Assembly: GCF_009834535.1 (NCBI RefSeq)
Contig: NC_045696.1
Location: 39,248,001 to 39,312,000 of the forward strand
Direction: 5' to 3'
Length of the DNA stretch: 64,000 nucleotides
From: Camelus ferus
Lineage: Eukaryota
A program made the translations under genes and the position numbers. This document shows, one piece after another, positions 1-12,187 of this stretch. Under the pieces are notes generated by a model, which was not told the origin of the DNA, made no database searches, and worked only from the letters and a program-made list of their open reading frames with translations. Each line of letters starts with the position of its first letter. Within the stretch, counting starts at the first letter, position 1.

Positions 1-539
1 CTACTTACTCAATCCTTCTGTAGAGTTTTCACAGTGAATTCTCTTTTATCTATGTTACTTCTTCTCAATTTCTCTCCCTTTCACAAACAAGATTCTAAGG
101 AAGCAGGAAAGGGATTAATGAAGCTATCAAACAATATGCCCTTTTTTCTCCCTAGGTTGCCAGTCACATTTCAGAGGTTATTCTTTTTCTTTTTTTAAAA
201 AACCTTTTAGATTTCAAATCCAAATATCACAAGTAAGTAAATTAAGGTTTATTTTATGAATGTTCATGGATAATTTTATCTGTTAATGCACAAAAAAGCA
301 AATTTGGACACATTACCACTATGTTCAAAATCCCTCAATAGTTTTCCTTTAGGCTGGGGTAAAGAACAAAGTCCCTGACATAGTCTCCCACATATGCTGG
401 CCTCTCTAACCGCATATGACTCCTCCTTACTTCTCTGTTTACAAGCTACATTTATCATGTTGTGCTTCTCCAAATATGTAGGCTCTCTGATACTCTGATA
501 GTCCCTCCAATGAGGAAGACCCTGTGGCCCTGTGGAAGA

Positions 540-673
540 CACCTGTCCATAGGCAACAGTCACCTTGCTAGAGATGAAGACCCTTGGGCCCCTCACAGAC
601 CTACTGAAACAAAATCTTCATTTTAACAAGCTCTCCAGGAGATTCATAGACATTACAGTTTGAGAAGCACTGA
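540..673. mobile_element. MER5-type hAT-Charlie DNA transposon remnant (paralogs at ~34150-34283 and ~50750-50883)
   Basis: agacctactgaa..aatct.cattttaacaag...ccagg.gattc...agtttgagaagcactg, characteristic of MER5. Confidence 0.7.
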
Positions 674-819
674 TGTAGGCCACCTCCCACAGTGGCCCTT
701 TGTTCTGTTTTTCCTTTGCTTCTCCCCCTGACCTTTGCTTAGTAAGATTTCTCATCAGACTTCCCCACTAATGTGTGGAGCTAGGTATAGGTATGGAATG
801 TGATTTACAGTTCGCATGA

Positions 820-1210
820 GGACAACTTTCTTGGGATTGGCTCCTGAAGGGATTCTAGAACTCTGGCCTCATTAAAATCAAGTGTGATTAGCTCAGACAA
901 GACCATACTAAGCTGAGCATCAAAATTTACACATGAACTGAATTTTCATAAACATATCAGAAGAGTCATCTATGGTTGAAAGTAGTGGCATAAGGTGCAA
1001 TTTCTACTGTTAAAACTGGAACAGTCTAAAATGATCGATTTTTATGATTTCAGAGTTTATAATGCCTGGTGGAATAATCTGGATTCCTCACACATGTCCA
1101 GGTTCACAATGCCCAGTAGAAAAGATTAGCTTTGTCCTAAAGGGAATCCTTGGGCTCTATCAGGGGAATTTTGGTACTTCACTCTTTCTTCTTCTGGTAA
1201 AAGCACAGAG
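820..1210 (+). promoter_or_regulatory. Putative promoter block of OR5H unit A
   Basis: Non-repeat block conserved with 34430-34815 and 51030-51415. It contains homeodomain site TCATTA (869-874; TTTTAATGA on the - strand), degenerate O/E-like CCC/GGG motifs near 1135-1170 and an Inr-like TTCACTC near 1178-1184. Confidence 0.5.
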
Positions 1211-1366
1211 TTGTATAATTGATTGACTATTCTATTCAGAAGAAATTAATATAAACAATAACTTCCTTAGCTTGGAAAGTAAAGCCTCCAAAATTAATCA
1301 GTATGCAAAGAATTGCTACTTGTGTTATTGTCATTTCCTGTACTATTGTAGATTTTCCTACTCTAG

Positions 1367-1414
1367 AAAGCCTACTGTATTGAAAGGATATCCACAATTT
1401 CTCATAAGATATGG
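1367..1414 (+). other. Predicted 5' UTR micro-exon of OR5H unit A (48 nt)
   Basis: Acceptor ttttcctactctAG| and donor G|GTAAGA; both splice signals are conserved in all three paralogous units. Confidence 0.6.
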
Positions 1415-2538
1415 GTAAGAGATAAATGATTTGCATAATATTCATTATTCTTTATATAAAACATTTAAAATACTGCTTAATTTATAGTAATTTTAGATTG
1501 GGCACATAAGATGTCAAAATATCCAAGTGGAAGTGGAAAAAAATAGTGAATTAATTGTGTCTTTTATTTTTGTGACTAAAATTTATATATGTAAAATAGC
1601 TTAAGACAGAATTGTTCCCTTTAACAATGTTTTATTATTTTGTTAACCTATCTCTAACAATTTTATGAGGTGAATTTTGGTGAACCAAAGGTTAAATAGT
1701 TTAAAACTGGGTTTAATGTTTCATTTCATATGATTCTTATATAAGAAATCATTTTGGTGATTCTGACAAAAAGACTCACTCTGATTAATTAAACACTGAT
1801 TAAAACTTTTAAGGCAAATTATTTAAATATTAATTCCTCTGTTTTTTCACCCACTTCTGAGAATAACTTTATTGAGTATTTTGTACATATAGCATAGAAA
1901 TATATATGTTCTATGGAATATAAATTAAAAAAGATATATACATATAAATCATTGAGTACTTTATATATATTTATATAATATATATTTTATTTATATATAG
2001 GATATATGTAGAAAATGTTTCCCTACTATGCTTGCCAGCATTTATAAATAAATGTCCACACACAAATTAGATTTGAGAATTTTCAATTATTTAGTGATTG
2101 CAGGGAAGGAAGGCAATTCTATATAAAAATTGAATTAACAACTGGAATTATTGATGTTCATTATTTATATTGCCTATACTCAAGATCTAATTTTGGCTCA
2201 GTTTTTGTTTCCCCCTAAAACTAAAGAAATTGACAACTGGTGGAGAAGGAAGTGCTCTGAAGTTAAACGAACAGGATTTCTAAAGAAGTTCAGTTCTAAT
2301 TACTCTAACAGCAAAGAGAAAGTAAATTTTAAATATTGAAAGAACTTTAGGCAGAGCCAATATATTTACAGACAACACACAATTTATAAAATTTAAAATT
2401 GAAGTCTCTTTTTAATACACAAATTCCATAGGAAAATAAACTTTGACTTAAAAAAAAAAAAGATTCTTAAGACTGACCTTTGGGAACACCATAGTTAAGA
2501 CAAACATTCACCCCTAAGTCTCTAAGCCTTTTCCTTTA

Positions 2539-2999
2539 TAGGTTTCCCCCACCATCTGAAAGTAGGGTGTTCTTATGAAACCTTTTAAAAGCTGAAATGG
2601 CATAAAGAGAAGAAGCTACTTTTCCTAAGAGATGCTCAGAATAAATAGAGATAAAGCACAGATGCTCACAGACACAGTTCAGAGCAATGGTGGCTTGATG
2701 CTGAGATCCTAAATGTAGTTCCCAGGGAAGGAGCTTGGCGGAGCACTCTGGCTGCCAGGGGTTGAGAAGTGTAGGGGGTGGGGAGGTGTGGGAGGTGGTG
2801 GTATGGGGGAGTATTGGTGCGATCCTTCTATAACCGCTTCTTGCAAAAGGAATGCTGAGAGCTGTTTTACCCTTTTTTTTTTCAGTAGTAGCAAAAATTC
2901 TCTTTGGATCTCTTTTGATTAGTGAAAAAAGGTGCTAAGTAGTTCTTTCATAAAAGTGAAGTGGCGGTTCAGTGAACTTTTGAAAAGCAGGCCTATCTG
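2539..2999 (-). mobile_element. Tigger2a-type TcMar DNA transposon, specific to unit A
   Basis: Degenerate termini (taggtttcccccc... / ...ttgaaaagcaggcctatctg) flanked by TA duplications (2537-2538, 3000-3001). Absent at the homologous sites near 35995 and 52650. The internal sequence matches recalled laurasiatherian Tigger2a. Confidence 0.7.
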
Positions 3000-3299
3000 T
3001 ATTTTCTGTTCAGCATTTCCCAGATAGTTTCTCTCAGGTCTTCTTTGGTTTGTTTTCCCATTAATCCGCCTACGTCTTTGTTATTTTCCATCTGTTACTC
3101 ACCTCTCTGCCGTTTTTATTTTCACCAATACATATGCCTTCCCACTTTTCCTGTTCCCTTTCTCCTCTCAGTTCCTTACTCTCCTCTCTTTTGAAAACTT
3201 TCCTTAAAATGTTCTAGATGGGAAAAAAAACCCTACATATGAGAAGCAGAAAAATGCTAACGGTCTTCACATTTCTTGGAGTACTCTGTATCATTCCGT

Positions 3300-3575
3300 C
3301 TACTTGTTCCTCTTTCACTTCTCCTTATTGTCTGGCCTCAACTCAATCACCAAATGCAAGCTGCTCTCACTAAAGTCACTAACAATCTCTTAATTTCCAC
3401 ACCCAGTGAAATCTGATCACTCACTGTCCTACTAGAGCATTTATTTTGACATTTAACATGTCCTTCACTTTGTTCTTCTTGAATATCTTTTCTCTATTTA
3501 AGTTCACAACACTTAACTTCCCAGTTTCCTCCCACTTCTCTGCTCAGTGTCCTTTCCTGGTCTCTCCCTAGTCCT
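3300..3575 (+). mobile_element. L2 LINE fragment (continues at ~4100-4345 and ~4920-5060; paralogs at ~36250-36510 and ~52950-53225)
   Basis: ctgctctcactaaagtcactaacaatctcttaatttcc...tttgacatt resembles the L2 3' region. Confidence 0.55.
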
Positions 3576-3579
3576 TTTT

Positions 3580-4075
3580 TGTTGTGAGCCAGGCTTCTTG
3601 ATTGTCACAGGAAATGAGTTAATTGAATGGAAATTGGCTTTCACACAGAAATGCAGGAGAGATTAAAGAAATCAGGTGAAAAAAAATGATCAGGAACAGA
3701 AGGAAGCAAAGGAGAAAATCAACAGCCAAAATCATGTCCTAACACCAGCTCAATGAAACCTGTTCTCGCTACTGCTGAATTTGGAATGCCAGCTCACACT
3801 CACAATGCCATGGTCATGGATGCAGGATGCGTTTGCTGGAGTCCTGGTATTGCTGTCTTTGCAACCGATATTCTCTTTTGTCCCTGTACCTTTTTCTCCC
3901 TCTTTCTCCATATTCTAAATGTAGGTTGAGTGGATTTGATTTGCCAAATCTAGGTCAAATCCCCTCACCCAGGTGTAAGAGGAATGGGAAGTCAGTTTCT
4001 AGCTCTTTTGGCTTGTTGAATGAATGATAACCTCTACCAGCCACCAAGAGTGTATGGGAGAAAAGAGGATGAGAT
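3580..4075. mobile_element. Ancient MaLR (MLT1-like) LTR remnant (paralogs at ~36520-37010 and ~53230-53720)
   Basis: Purine-rich block interrupting the L2: gagccagg..cttg.ttg...gcaagggaatgggaa.gtgagtttct. Subfamily uncertain. Confidence 0.4.
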
Positions 4076-4351
4076 GTTGGTTATCTATGCAGTGTATCCA
4101 CTGTGTAACCTCTTTAATGTAACTTCCTCAAGTTTCTTTCCATATCCTTCTTTTCTTTATTTTGTGCACACTCTTTAATGGATATCGATACATATGCCTT
4201 CAGCTACCCCAGTAACTTCTAAGACATTATTTCTACTAAGCTATAGTTGACTTATACTGCTGAGTACATCTCATCTGGATGTTCAGAGAACGCTCTCTGC
4301 AAAAACTGGCTACTGCATCTGAGTTCTTGATCTCACTTTTTGATGACCATC

Positions 4352-4916
4352 GGTTAGGTAGTTAGATAAGTGGGGGCACTAGGCAGGTAGGTGGAGGAGA
4401 GGGAGGATGGTCCAGAAGATGGTGTTATGCCCACCTCCAGCATAAAGGAACTTTACTTCTCCTAAATGAGTGTCAGCAATAAACCAGTTAAGACCCAACA
4501 GCCATGACTGTGCAGTTGTGGAAAGGACTTAACTGGACATGACCCAACATCCATTGCATTACAGTTAACATTGTAGTTTAGCCACCCCCCAACCCTGCCC
4601 ATGGGGTTTTCTATGTATACCATGGTTAAGGACATGCGTAAAGGGACTAAACATAACTAAGCATTCCAGGAACAAAAGCCATCAATCAATCAAAAGACCA
4701 CCTCTAAGTGAGGGTATAAGACAAAGGAGAGATAAAGACCACTGTGACTGCCCCTTGAATAAGCCCACCTCCTGTTCTTGGACGTGTACGCTTTTTTTTC
4801 TAAATAAATCTTTTAAAATGTTTTTGCTGTACAACACTTTCTGTCTCCCATCTGTAAATCTTATCTTTCAAGTAAGACAAGAATTGGGGTCTTTTCAGTT
4901 TCCCTTTTGGGTAACC
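4352..4916 (+). mobile_element. Solo LTR (ERV1-like), specific to unit A
   Basis: 565-nt insertion absent from the empty site in unit C (tgatgatcatctacccag, ~37285). TSD catc/tatc, TATA-like tataag near 4715, AATAAA near 4803, inverted termini GGTTA...TAACC. Confidence 0.75.
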
Positions 4917-5069
4917 TATCTACCCAGTCACCAGGTGACCTCTCTCTCCTTCACTGACCACCCCTTCCACATCTAAAGTCACCAAGTCTTAGGGACTCCA
5001 CATTTTGAATTTTTTTGCATCTATCTTTCTGTCCTTCTCACAACTTCCAAAGTTATATCACTAATGAAC

Positions 5070-5243
5070 TAGGCACTCCACATGCATTTGAATCACCTGT
5101 GGAGCATTTTTTTAAAGTACAGATTCCTAGAACTCAATCTTGACCCACTGAATTAATTTCTACAGTAGTATCTCACAATGTATATTTTACACAAAAAGCT
5201 TCACAAACAATTCTGATGTGTAGTCTGGTTTGAAAACCATTGG
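5070..5243. mobile_element. MER5-type DNA transposon remnant (paralogs at ~37445-37605 and ~54095-54265)
   Basis: tgcatttgaatcacctg.ggagc...cagattcct...ttctgatgtg...ggtttgaaaaccattg. Confidence 0.65.
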
Positions 5244-5816
5244 ACAATAGCAACATGTCCTGAATAGTATCCCTGACTTCCAATTTCCCCTCCATGACAC
5301 CTATTTTTTGCCCTAACAAAAAATTAATTTAAGATACTTTCCAATGCCTCTCCCTGTCTTGAAATTTTTCAGTACGTATCTGTTACCTGAGGAAAAGAGT
5401 TCAAGATTCTTTGCATGCATCCAATTCATTTTATAATCCAGATCCTTTAAACATCTATTCTCTTGACTAATAATCCATGTCCCAGACTCAGAATTTCTCT
5501 ACCACATTCTATCGAGTCCCCACAAATTTTGAAAATGGTTAGAATGTCTTTCTTATATGAATCTATGAATTTCTGCATATTATTTGAACTGAAATTATAT
5601 TTATCAACATTTCTTCAAGTCCCCACAAGTTTATTATAGTACTATTTTGTGAGATTAAAAGGGCATTCTGATAAGAGTATAAGTTATTTTGACTTCAGGG
5701 GTATAATTTATTTTGACTCCACTCTCCAAGTTCTCAATTCCATAATGAAATAAATCCATAATGAATATTATTTTTACATTTATTGCATTTTATTTCAGGG
5801 GAGATCTAGTGAGGAC

Positions 5817-6746
5817 ATGGAAAAGGAAAATGCAACATTGCTGACAGAGTTTGTTCTCACAGGATTCTCATACCAGCAGGAGTGGCAAATCCCCCTGTTC
5901 CTGGTGTTCCTGGTGATATACCTCATCACCATCATGGGCAACCTTGGTCTTATTGCTCTCATCTGGAATGACTCTCAACTTCACATCCCCATGTACTTAT
6001 TCCTTGGGAGTTTGGCTTTTGTGGATACTTCAATATCATCCATAGTGACCCCCAAGATGCTGGTCAACACTTTCACCAAGAATAAGATGATATCCCTCTC
6101 TGAATGCATGGTACAATTTTTTTCCTTTACAGTCAGTGCAACCACGGAATGTTTTCTCTTGGCAAGTATGGCTTATGATCGCTATGTGGCCATATGCAAC
6201 CCTTTACTTTATCCAATGATTATGACTAATAGACTATGTATGCAGCTGTTAATCTTATCATTTGTAGGTGGTGTTCTTCATGCCTTTATTCATATTGGTT
6301 TTTTATTCAGATTAACCTTCTGTAATTACAACATAATACATCACTTTTACTGTGACATCATGCCATTGTTTAAGATTTCTTGTACTGACCCTTCTATTAA
6401 TATTCTGATAGTTTTCATTTTCTCTGGTTCAATTCAGGTGTTTACCATTCTGATTGTTCTTATTTCTTATACACTGGTTCTCTTTACAATTTTAAAAAAG
6501 AAGTCTCTACAAGGCATAAGGAAGGCCTTCTCCACCTGTGGAGCCCACCTCTTATCTGTCTCTTTATACTATGGGCCTCTTCTTTTCATGTATGTACGCC
6601 CTGGCTCCACACAAGCAGATGATCAAGACATGATGGACTCTCTGTTTTACACTGTCATAATTCCTTTGTTAAATCCAATCATCTACAGCCTGAGAAATAA
6701 GAAGGTCTTAGATTCATTAACAAAAATGTTAAAGAGAAATGTTTAG
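5817..6746 (+). CDS. OR5H2-like: Olfactory receptor, family 5 subfamily H (intact, 309 aa)
   Basis: Single-exon ORF with N-glycosylation site NAT and the motifs [27 protein letters not shown] and [12 protein letters not shown]. The [20 protein letters not shown] signature is typical of OR5H. Splice acceptor tatttcAG ends at 5798. Confidence 0.95.
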   Translation: MEKENATLLTEFVLTGFSYQQEWQIPLFLVFLVIYLITIMGNLGLIALIWNDSQLHIPMYLFLGSLAFVDTSISSIVTPKMLVNTFTKNKMISLSECMVQFFSFTVSATTECFLLASMAYDRYVAICNPLLYPMIMTNRLCMQLLILSFVGGVLHAFIHIGFLFRLTFCNYNIIHHFYCDIMPLFKISCTDPSINILIVFIFSGSIQVFTILIVLISYTLVLFTILKKKSLQGIRKAFSTCGAHLLSVSLYYGPLLFMYVRPGSTQADDQDMMDSLFYTVIIPLLNPIIYSLRNKKVLDSLTKMLKRNV

Positions 6747-8220
6747 TTGACATACTAATAGGTGTTCTTTTTTTAGTAAAACACAAAATTTTGTAGATTA
6801 GATGTTGCTATGTATTGATTAGAGCTCAAAGTTTTTTGCATTTATAATTGTCTTATTATTTTAATGACTTAAGATGCTAGTGTCTAACAAACTCCTTAAA
6901 GTCTCTATTTTATTCAATAACAAATAAGGAATTTTAATTAAGTGTTTATATAATACTAAAATAATTAAAACAAAACAAAAATGAAAATATTTCACATTCT
7001 TGCATGTTCTTCAACGTGGCTTTATAAATTCATCAAGTACTATAATAGTGCAGTTCTTCCGAACAGGACTTTATTATGATGTATTTGATACCTACACAGG
7101 TGTACAGCCTAGAGACTCATATCACATTTAACTCCACAGTGGAGGTAGGTTTGTGTTTGAGTGAACAGAAGCAAATCCCCAGAATTCTGCCTGCCATCAA
7201 AAGGTCTTACATTCCACTTTATTTGAGACATTATAAATTTCACTTCTTGTGGTGATCAACTCTCATATCACAGAGAAATAAATAGAAATTTGAAAACAAT
7301 GAAAAAAAATGGCATGAGAGGTAATGGAGTGAAGACAGTGCTACAGTATAATAGATACTCTTAGCTTAGTGTGCTTCTTAGAGAAAGGCAAAGACGCAAG
7401 TTGCCTTTCACTATCTACGACACCTTCTAAGGTCCTTTCTCTCTGTGTCTGTATTTGTAGGTCAATCTGAAAAACTTCACTAATTCAGAAAGTTAACAGA
7501 TTAGATAGATGATTTAATTTGGGTAGAGCCATAATTTGGATAGGCATAGAAAAAAAGAAAAATATGGCAGAATAGGAAGAAAATGGTCAATCTTTCTAGA
7601 ATTAAAAAAAGTAAAGATAAATAAAAAAACAGTAATCTACAATAGTTATTGGAATGTGTTGTTGACAAGAGAAGCATTAAATGCACAGTATAAAAGTTCA
7701 AATAACATTGAGATGATATGATATCATAGTGCTCAGTGGGTGGCTGGGAAGGACATAAAATGTAAGAAGAGTTTGAATGTTTGTGCCCCAAAGTCTTTAA
7801 ATGTTCATTATCATCACACTATACTCTAAGAATAATGAGTAATTCATCTTCAGGTCTACTCCTTCTCCTCCTCTTACCAATGATTCTGTGTATATTCTTA
7901 CTGATACTACTGAAATCCTCACCTTCATCCTCACCTTCATAACTACCCACTTCTGTGATTTGCAAAACTCAAGTTACTTATCCCCTCCACTTCACTGATT
8001 CTCTCTTACTATTCAAACATAGCTGCCAGTTTATTCTTTGTAAACTGTACTCGGATCAAATCATACACTAGGCATTCTCAATGCTATAATAATGTGATTT
8101 TTACTTCTGAGAGACACCTTCTAAATGAGACTTAATTGAGGAAAATGACTAACAGTAGCATCATGATATTTCAGTCTAATTTTCAATATGAAGCAAGAAA
8201 CTTGCTAAACGAACTGTATT

Positions 8221-8721
8221 TGTATTAGTATAGGGTTGTCCAGGTTAACAGAACAAATATTACATACATATAAATATATATCATATAAATGTTTTTATTA
8301 TACAGTATTGGCACATACAATTATAGAGGCTGAGAATCTGCCCTCTGCAAAGAGGTCTAGACCCAGGGCAGTAACTATTCATAGTTCGAAGGCTTGAGAC
8401 AGTAGAACTAATGGTATAGATTTCTGCAAGAGCCTGAAATCTTAAGAACCAAGATCATCAAAGGAAGAAGAAGAGCAATGTCTATGAGTTAAGCAGAGAG
8501 GAAATTCAACCATCCACTGCCTATTTTGTTAAATTCAGTTCCTCAGCATATCAGATGATGCCCACCCACACTGGGGAGAGACATTTGCTTTACTCAATCC
8601 ACCAATTCCATGCTAGTAACTTCTGGAAACATTCTAACAGATACACACATAAATAATACTTTTCAAGATATCTGGACGTTGCATGTCCCAGAGAAGCTGA
8701 CACATAAAATGAATCATCACA
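8221..8721 (-). mobile_element. MLT2-type ERVL LTR
   Basis: Bounded by tgtattagt..agggtt.tccag and tgacacataaaatgaatcatcaca; directly abuts ERVL internal sequence. Confidence 0.8.
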
Positions 8722-10315
8722 AGTCTACCTGCTGTCAACTTGGCACCTGTATATAATTCCTCATCCATATTTAATCTCCAAATAAAGACAACAAGATCAC
8801 AATTCTGCCTAACATAATACAACTATGCTATGTTCAACCAAAAAATGCACTAAACCTTTCACCAGAGGAGGAGGTAAAATGCCTGAATGATGTTTAGTCT
8901 TCTCCTTGATATCTGGTAGCTTAATACTATGATGTCAAATTAACAATGCTTACTTACAATGATATATAGTCTATACATCTTACTTTACGTGATAAGAAAA
9001 GGGAATAATACTGGAAGGAAAACAAATATATTAGCTGTATACACACACACACACACATGTGCACACACACATACATAAACACACACACAAAAGGTATTCT
9101 TACCAAAGTAAGAAGAAATATGACATTACTGTCCTCAAATCTGTAACTGATCACTTGGTATGTATAACTGTGTTCTTCCCCTACCAGTCATGTCCCCATT
9201 GCCTTCAGGAAGCACATCAGCTAGTTACTGTTATTTACCTGGTGGGGTGACACAAATCTTCATTCTCAAATAATCTGGATCATTAGAACTCCTGGCCAAC
9301 TGGTTTATTAAAGTTTGCCATTGACCTTAATCATAGGGAAGAACAGCACCACTAAGACAGAGCCAAAGTAATCTGCATTTTAGATACGCTGATCCTTCCC
9401 TCCATGGTACTGTAGTATTCCAATTTCTCCTTGGTTGTCAGGATCAGTCATCCCAGCCAACACAGCAACTCCCTTCTTTGCCTGATGATTCAGAGTAATG
9501 AGGAGCCCAAAGTGGTCCAGTGGCAGTTTTAACTTCCAGCTCAACAAAATCATCATTCTGTGTTCTGATGGAAGTATTTCTCTCTCAGGATCTAAGATCT
9601 CTAGGTCATCAAAGCATAAGATCAAGAAAATATAAGCAAAAATTATGCCAGTGGGCTTATAGGGGTAATAGTGAGTGATACAACTCCCATTTCCACCTCT
9701 TGATTACTGGATCCGTGAAACCTGGCTTTGGGAGAAAATATAGCCTACATTAAATGCTGATTCAGAAAATAGAAAGCCCTCTGGAGAATGCTGCCCTAAA
9801 TCTGCAAAATATTTCCACTTAGTTCTTCTGTAAATGAGTCTACAAGAAGGTTTTCCTCCATTCAATAAAATACGTTGCCTCAGAATAGTGGGGAACAGGT
9901 TAAGACTAGTGAATCCTACAAATCATAGGCCTATTGCTACACTTCTTTGGCTGTGGAGTGAATGTCTTGATGAGAAGCAATGCTGTGTGGAATACTATGA
10001 CAGTGGATTAGAAATTCTGATAAGTAAAAGGATGATTGCTTTGACAGAAGCATTGACTTCATGAAAGGCAAATCTCTATCTAGAATAAATATCTATTCCA
10101 GTAAGAACAAAACACATCCCTTCTATGATGGAAACTGTCCAATGTCATCAACCTGCTACTAGGTAGATGGCTGATCACACCACTGAATGATACTATATGA
10201 GGGACTTAATGTTATCTTTGTTCCTGGCAGACTGAAAACTCATCAATGGCTGCAGCCAAGAGCTGGCAGTAGTTAATGAAGTCCATGTTCCATTTCTTCA
10301 TGATCTTCTGAATGA
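8722..10315 (-). mobile_element. ERVL internal remnant (integrase 3' part and dUTPase), decayed
   Basis: Minus-strand translation of 9380-9625 (WKLKLPLDHFGLL...QAKKGVAVLAG..DPDNQGEI) matches the HERV-L/MERV-L dUTPase. Truncated by L1 at ~10320. Confidence 0.85.
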
Positions 10316-12038
10316 TCACTTCAATATGTGTTGCTGGGAAAACTGGACTGCTACATGGAAAAGAATGAAATTAAAACATTTTCTCACATCATATACAAAG
10401 ACAAACTCAAAATAGATTAAACACCTAAATGTAAGACCAGACACCATAAAACTCCTAGAAGATAACATAGGCAGAGCATTCTTTGACCTAAGTCATACAA
10501 ATATGTTTTGGGTCTGTCTCCTAAGGCAAAGGAAACAAAAGCAAAAACAAACAAATGGAACATAATTAAACTTAAAATCTTTTGCAAAACAAAGGAAACC
10601 AACAACAAAAAGAAAGGACAATCTATGGAACGGGAGAAAATATTTGCAAATAATATGACCAATAAGGGGTTAATATACAAAGTATATAAGCAGCTGGTAC
10701 AACTCAACATCAAAAGAAAAAACAACCCACTGAAAAAATGGGCAGAAGACCTGAATAGACATTTTTTCCCAAAGGAAGACATACAGATGTCCAACAGGCA
10801 TACGAAAAGATGCTCAATATTACTAATCATCAGTGAAATGCAAATTGAAACCAATGAGATCTCTCCTTGAACTTGTCAGAACATCTGTCATCAAAAAGAC
10901 CACAACTATACAACACTGATAAAGAAATTAAAGATGATTTTAAGAAATAGAAAGATATCCCATCCTCTTGGATTAAATGAATTAATATTGTTAAAATGGC
11001 CATACTACCCAAAGCTATCTGCAGATTCAATGTGGTCCCTATCAAATTACACAGGACATTCTTCATAGAAATAGAACAAATAATCCAAAATTTATATGGA
11101 ATCACAGAAGACCCAGAATTGCCAAAGCAATACTGAAGAAAATGAACGATGCTGGAGGCATATCCCTTCCAGACTTCAGACAATACTACGAAGTACAGTA
11201 ATCAGAACAGTGTGATATTGGCACAAAAAACAGACATGTAGATCAATGGCACAGAATAGAGAGCCCAAAAATAAACCCACACAACTACAGTCAATTAATC
11301 TTTGATAAAGAAGGCAAGAATATACAATGGAGAAAAGACAGTTTCTTCAGCAAGTAGTGTTTGGAAAACTGCACAGTTGCATGTGAATCAATGAAGTTAG
11401 AACACTCCCTCACACCATACACAAAAATAAACTCAAAATGGCTTAAAGACTTAAACTTAAGACAGGACACCATAAATCTCCCAGAGGAGAACATAGGCAA
11501 AACATTTTCTGATATAAATTTTAGCAATATTCTCCTAAGTCAGGCAATAGAAATAAAGGCAAATATTAACAAATGGGACCTAATTAAACTTGTAAGCTTT
11601 TGCATAGCAAAGGAAACCATAAACAAAGCAAAAAGACAACCAATGGACTGGGAGAAAGTATTTGCAAGCAATGTGACTGACAAGGGCTTAACTTCTAGAT
11701 ATATACAAATAGCTCATACAATCCATTAAAAAACAAACAATCCAGTCAAAAAATGGGCAGAAGACCTAAACAGACACTTCTCCAATGAAGACATGCGAAT
11801 GGCCAATAGGCACATGAAAAGATGCTCAATATCACTAATTAGAGGAATGCAAATCAAAACTACAATGAGATATCACCACACATCAGTCAGAATGACCATC
11901 ATTAAAAAGTCCACAAATGATAAAAGCTAGAGAGGGTGTGGAGAAAAAGAAACACTCCTACAGTGTTTGTGGGAATGTAATCTGGTGCAGCCACTATGGA
12001 AAACAGTATGGAGGTTCCTTAAAAAATTAAAAATAGAG

Positions 12039-12187
12039 GGGGGAGGGTATGGCTCAAGTGGTAGAGTGCATGCTTAGCATGCATGAGATCTTGGATTCAA
12101 TCCCCAGTACCTCCATTAAAAGCAAATAAACCTAATTATCTCCCCTCCTTGCCAAAATAAAATAATACAATAATAAATAAAAAATTT
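12039..12187 (+). mobile_element. tRNA-derived SINE (camelid Vic-1 type)
   Basis: ggggagggtatggctcaagtggtagag...ggattcaatccccagtacctcca with A and B boxes and an A-rich tail. 18-bp TSD aaaaaattaaaaatagag at 12021-12038 and 12188-12205. Confidence 0.85.

Noticed and set aside
2530..2545. Apparent splice acceptor ttcctttatAG
   Set aside because: Formed by the Tigger insertion junction and not shared with the paralogs.
9380..9625. Cellular dUTPase gene
   Set aside because: Embedded in decayed ERVL internal sequence next to an MLT2 LTR; fragmentary.
12039..12116. tRNA-Ala-like gene (also at 21961-22034)
   Set aside because: Both copies have A-rich tails, TSDs and decayed stems, so they are SINEs rather than tRNA genes.
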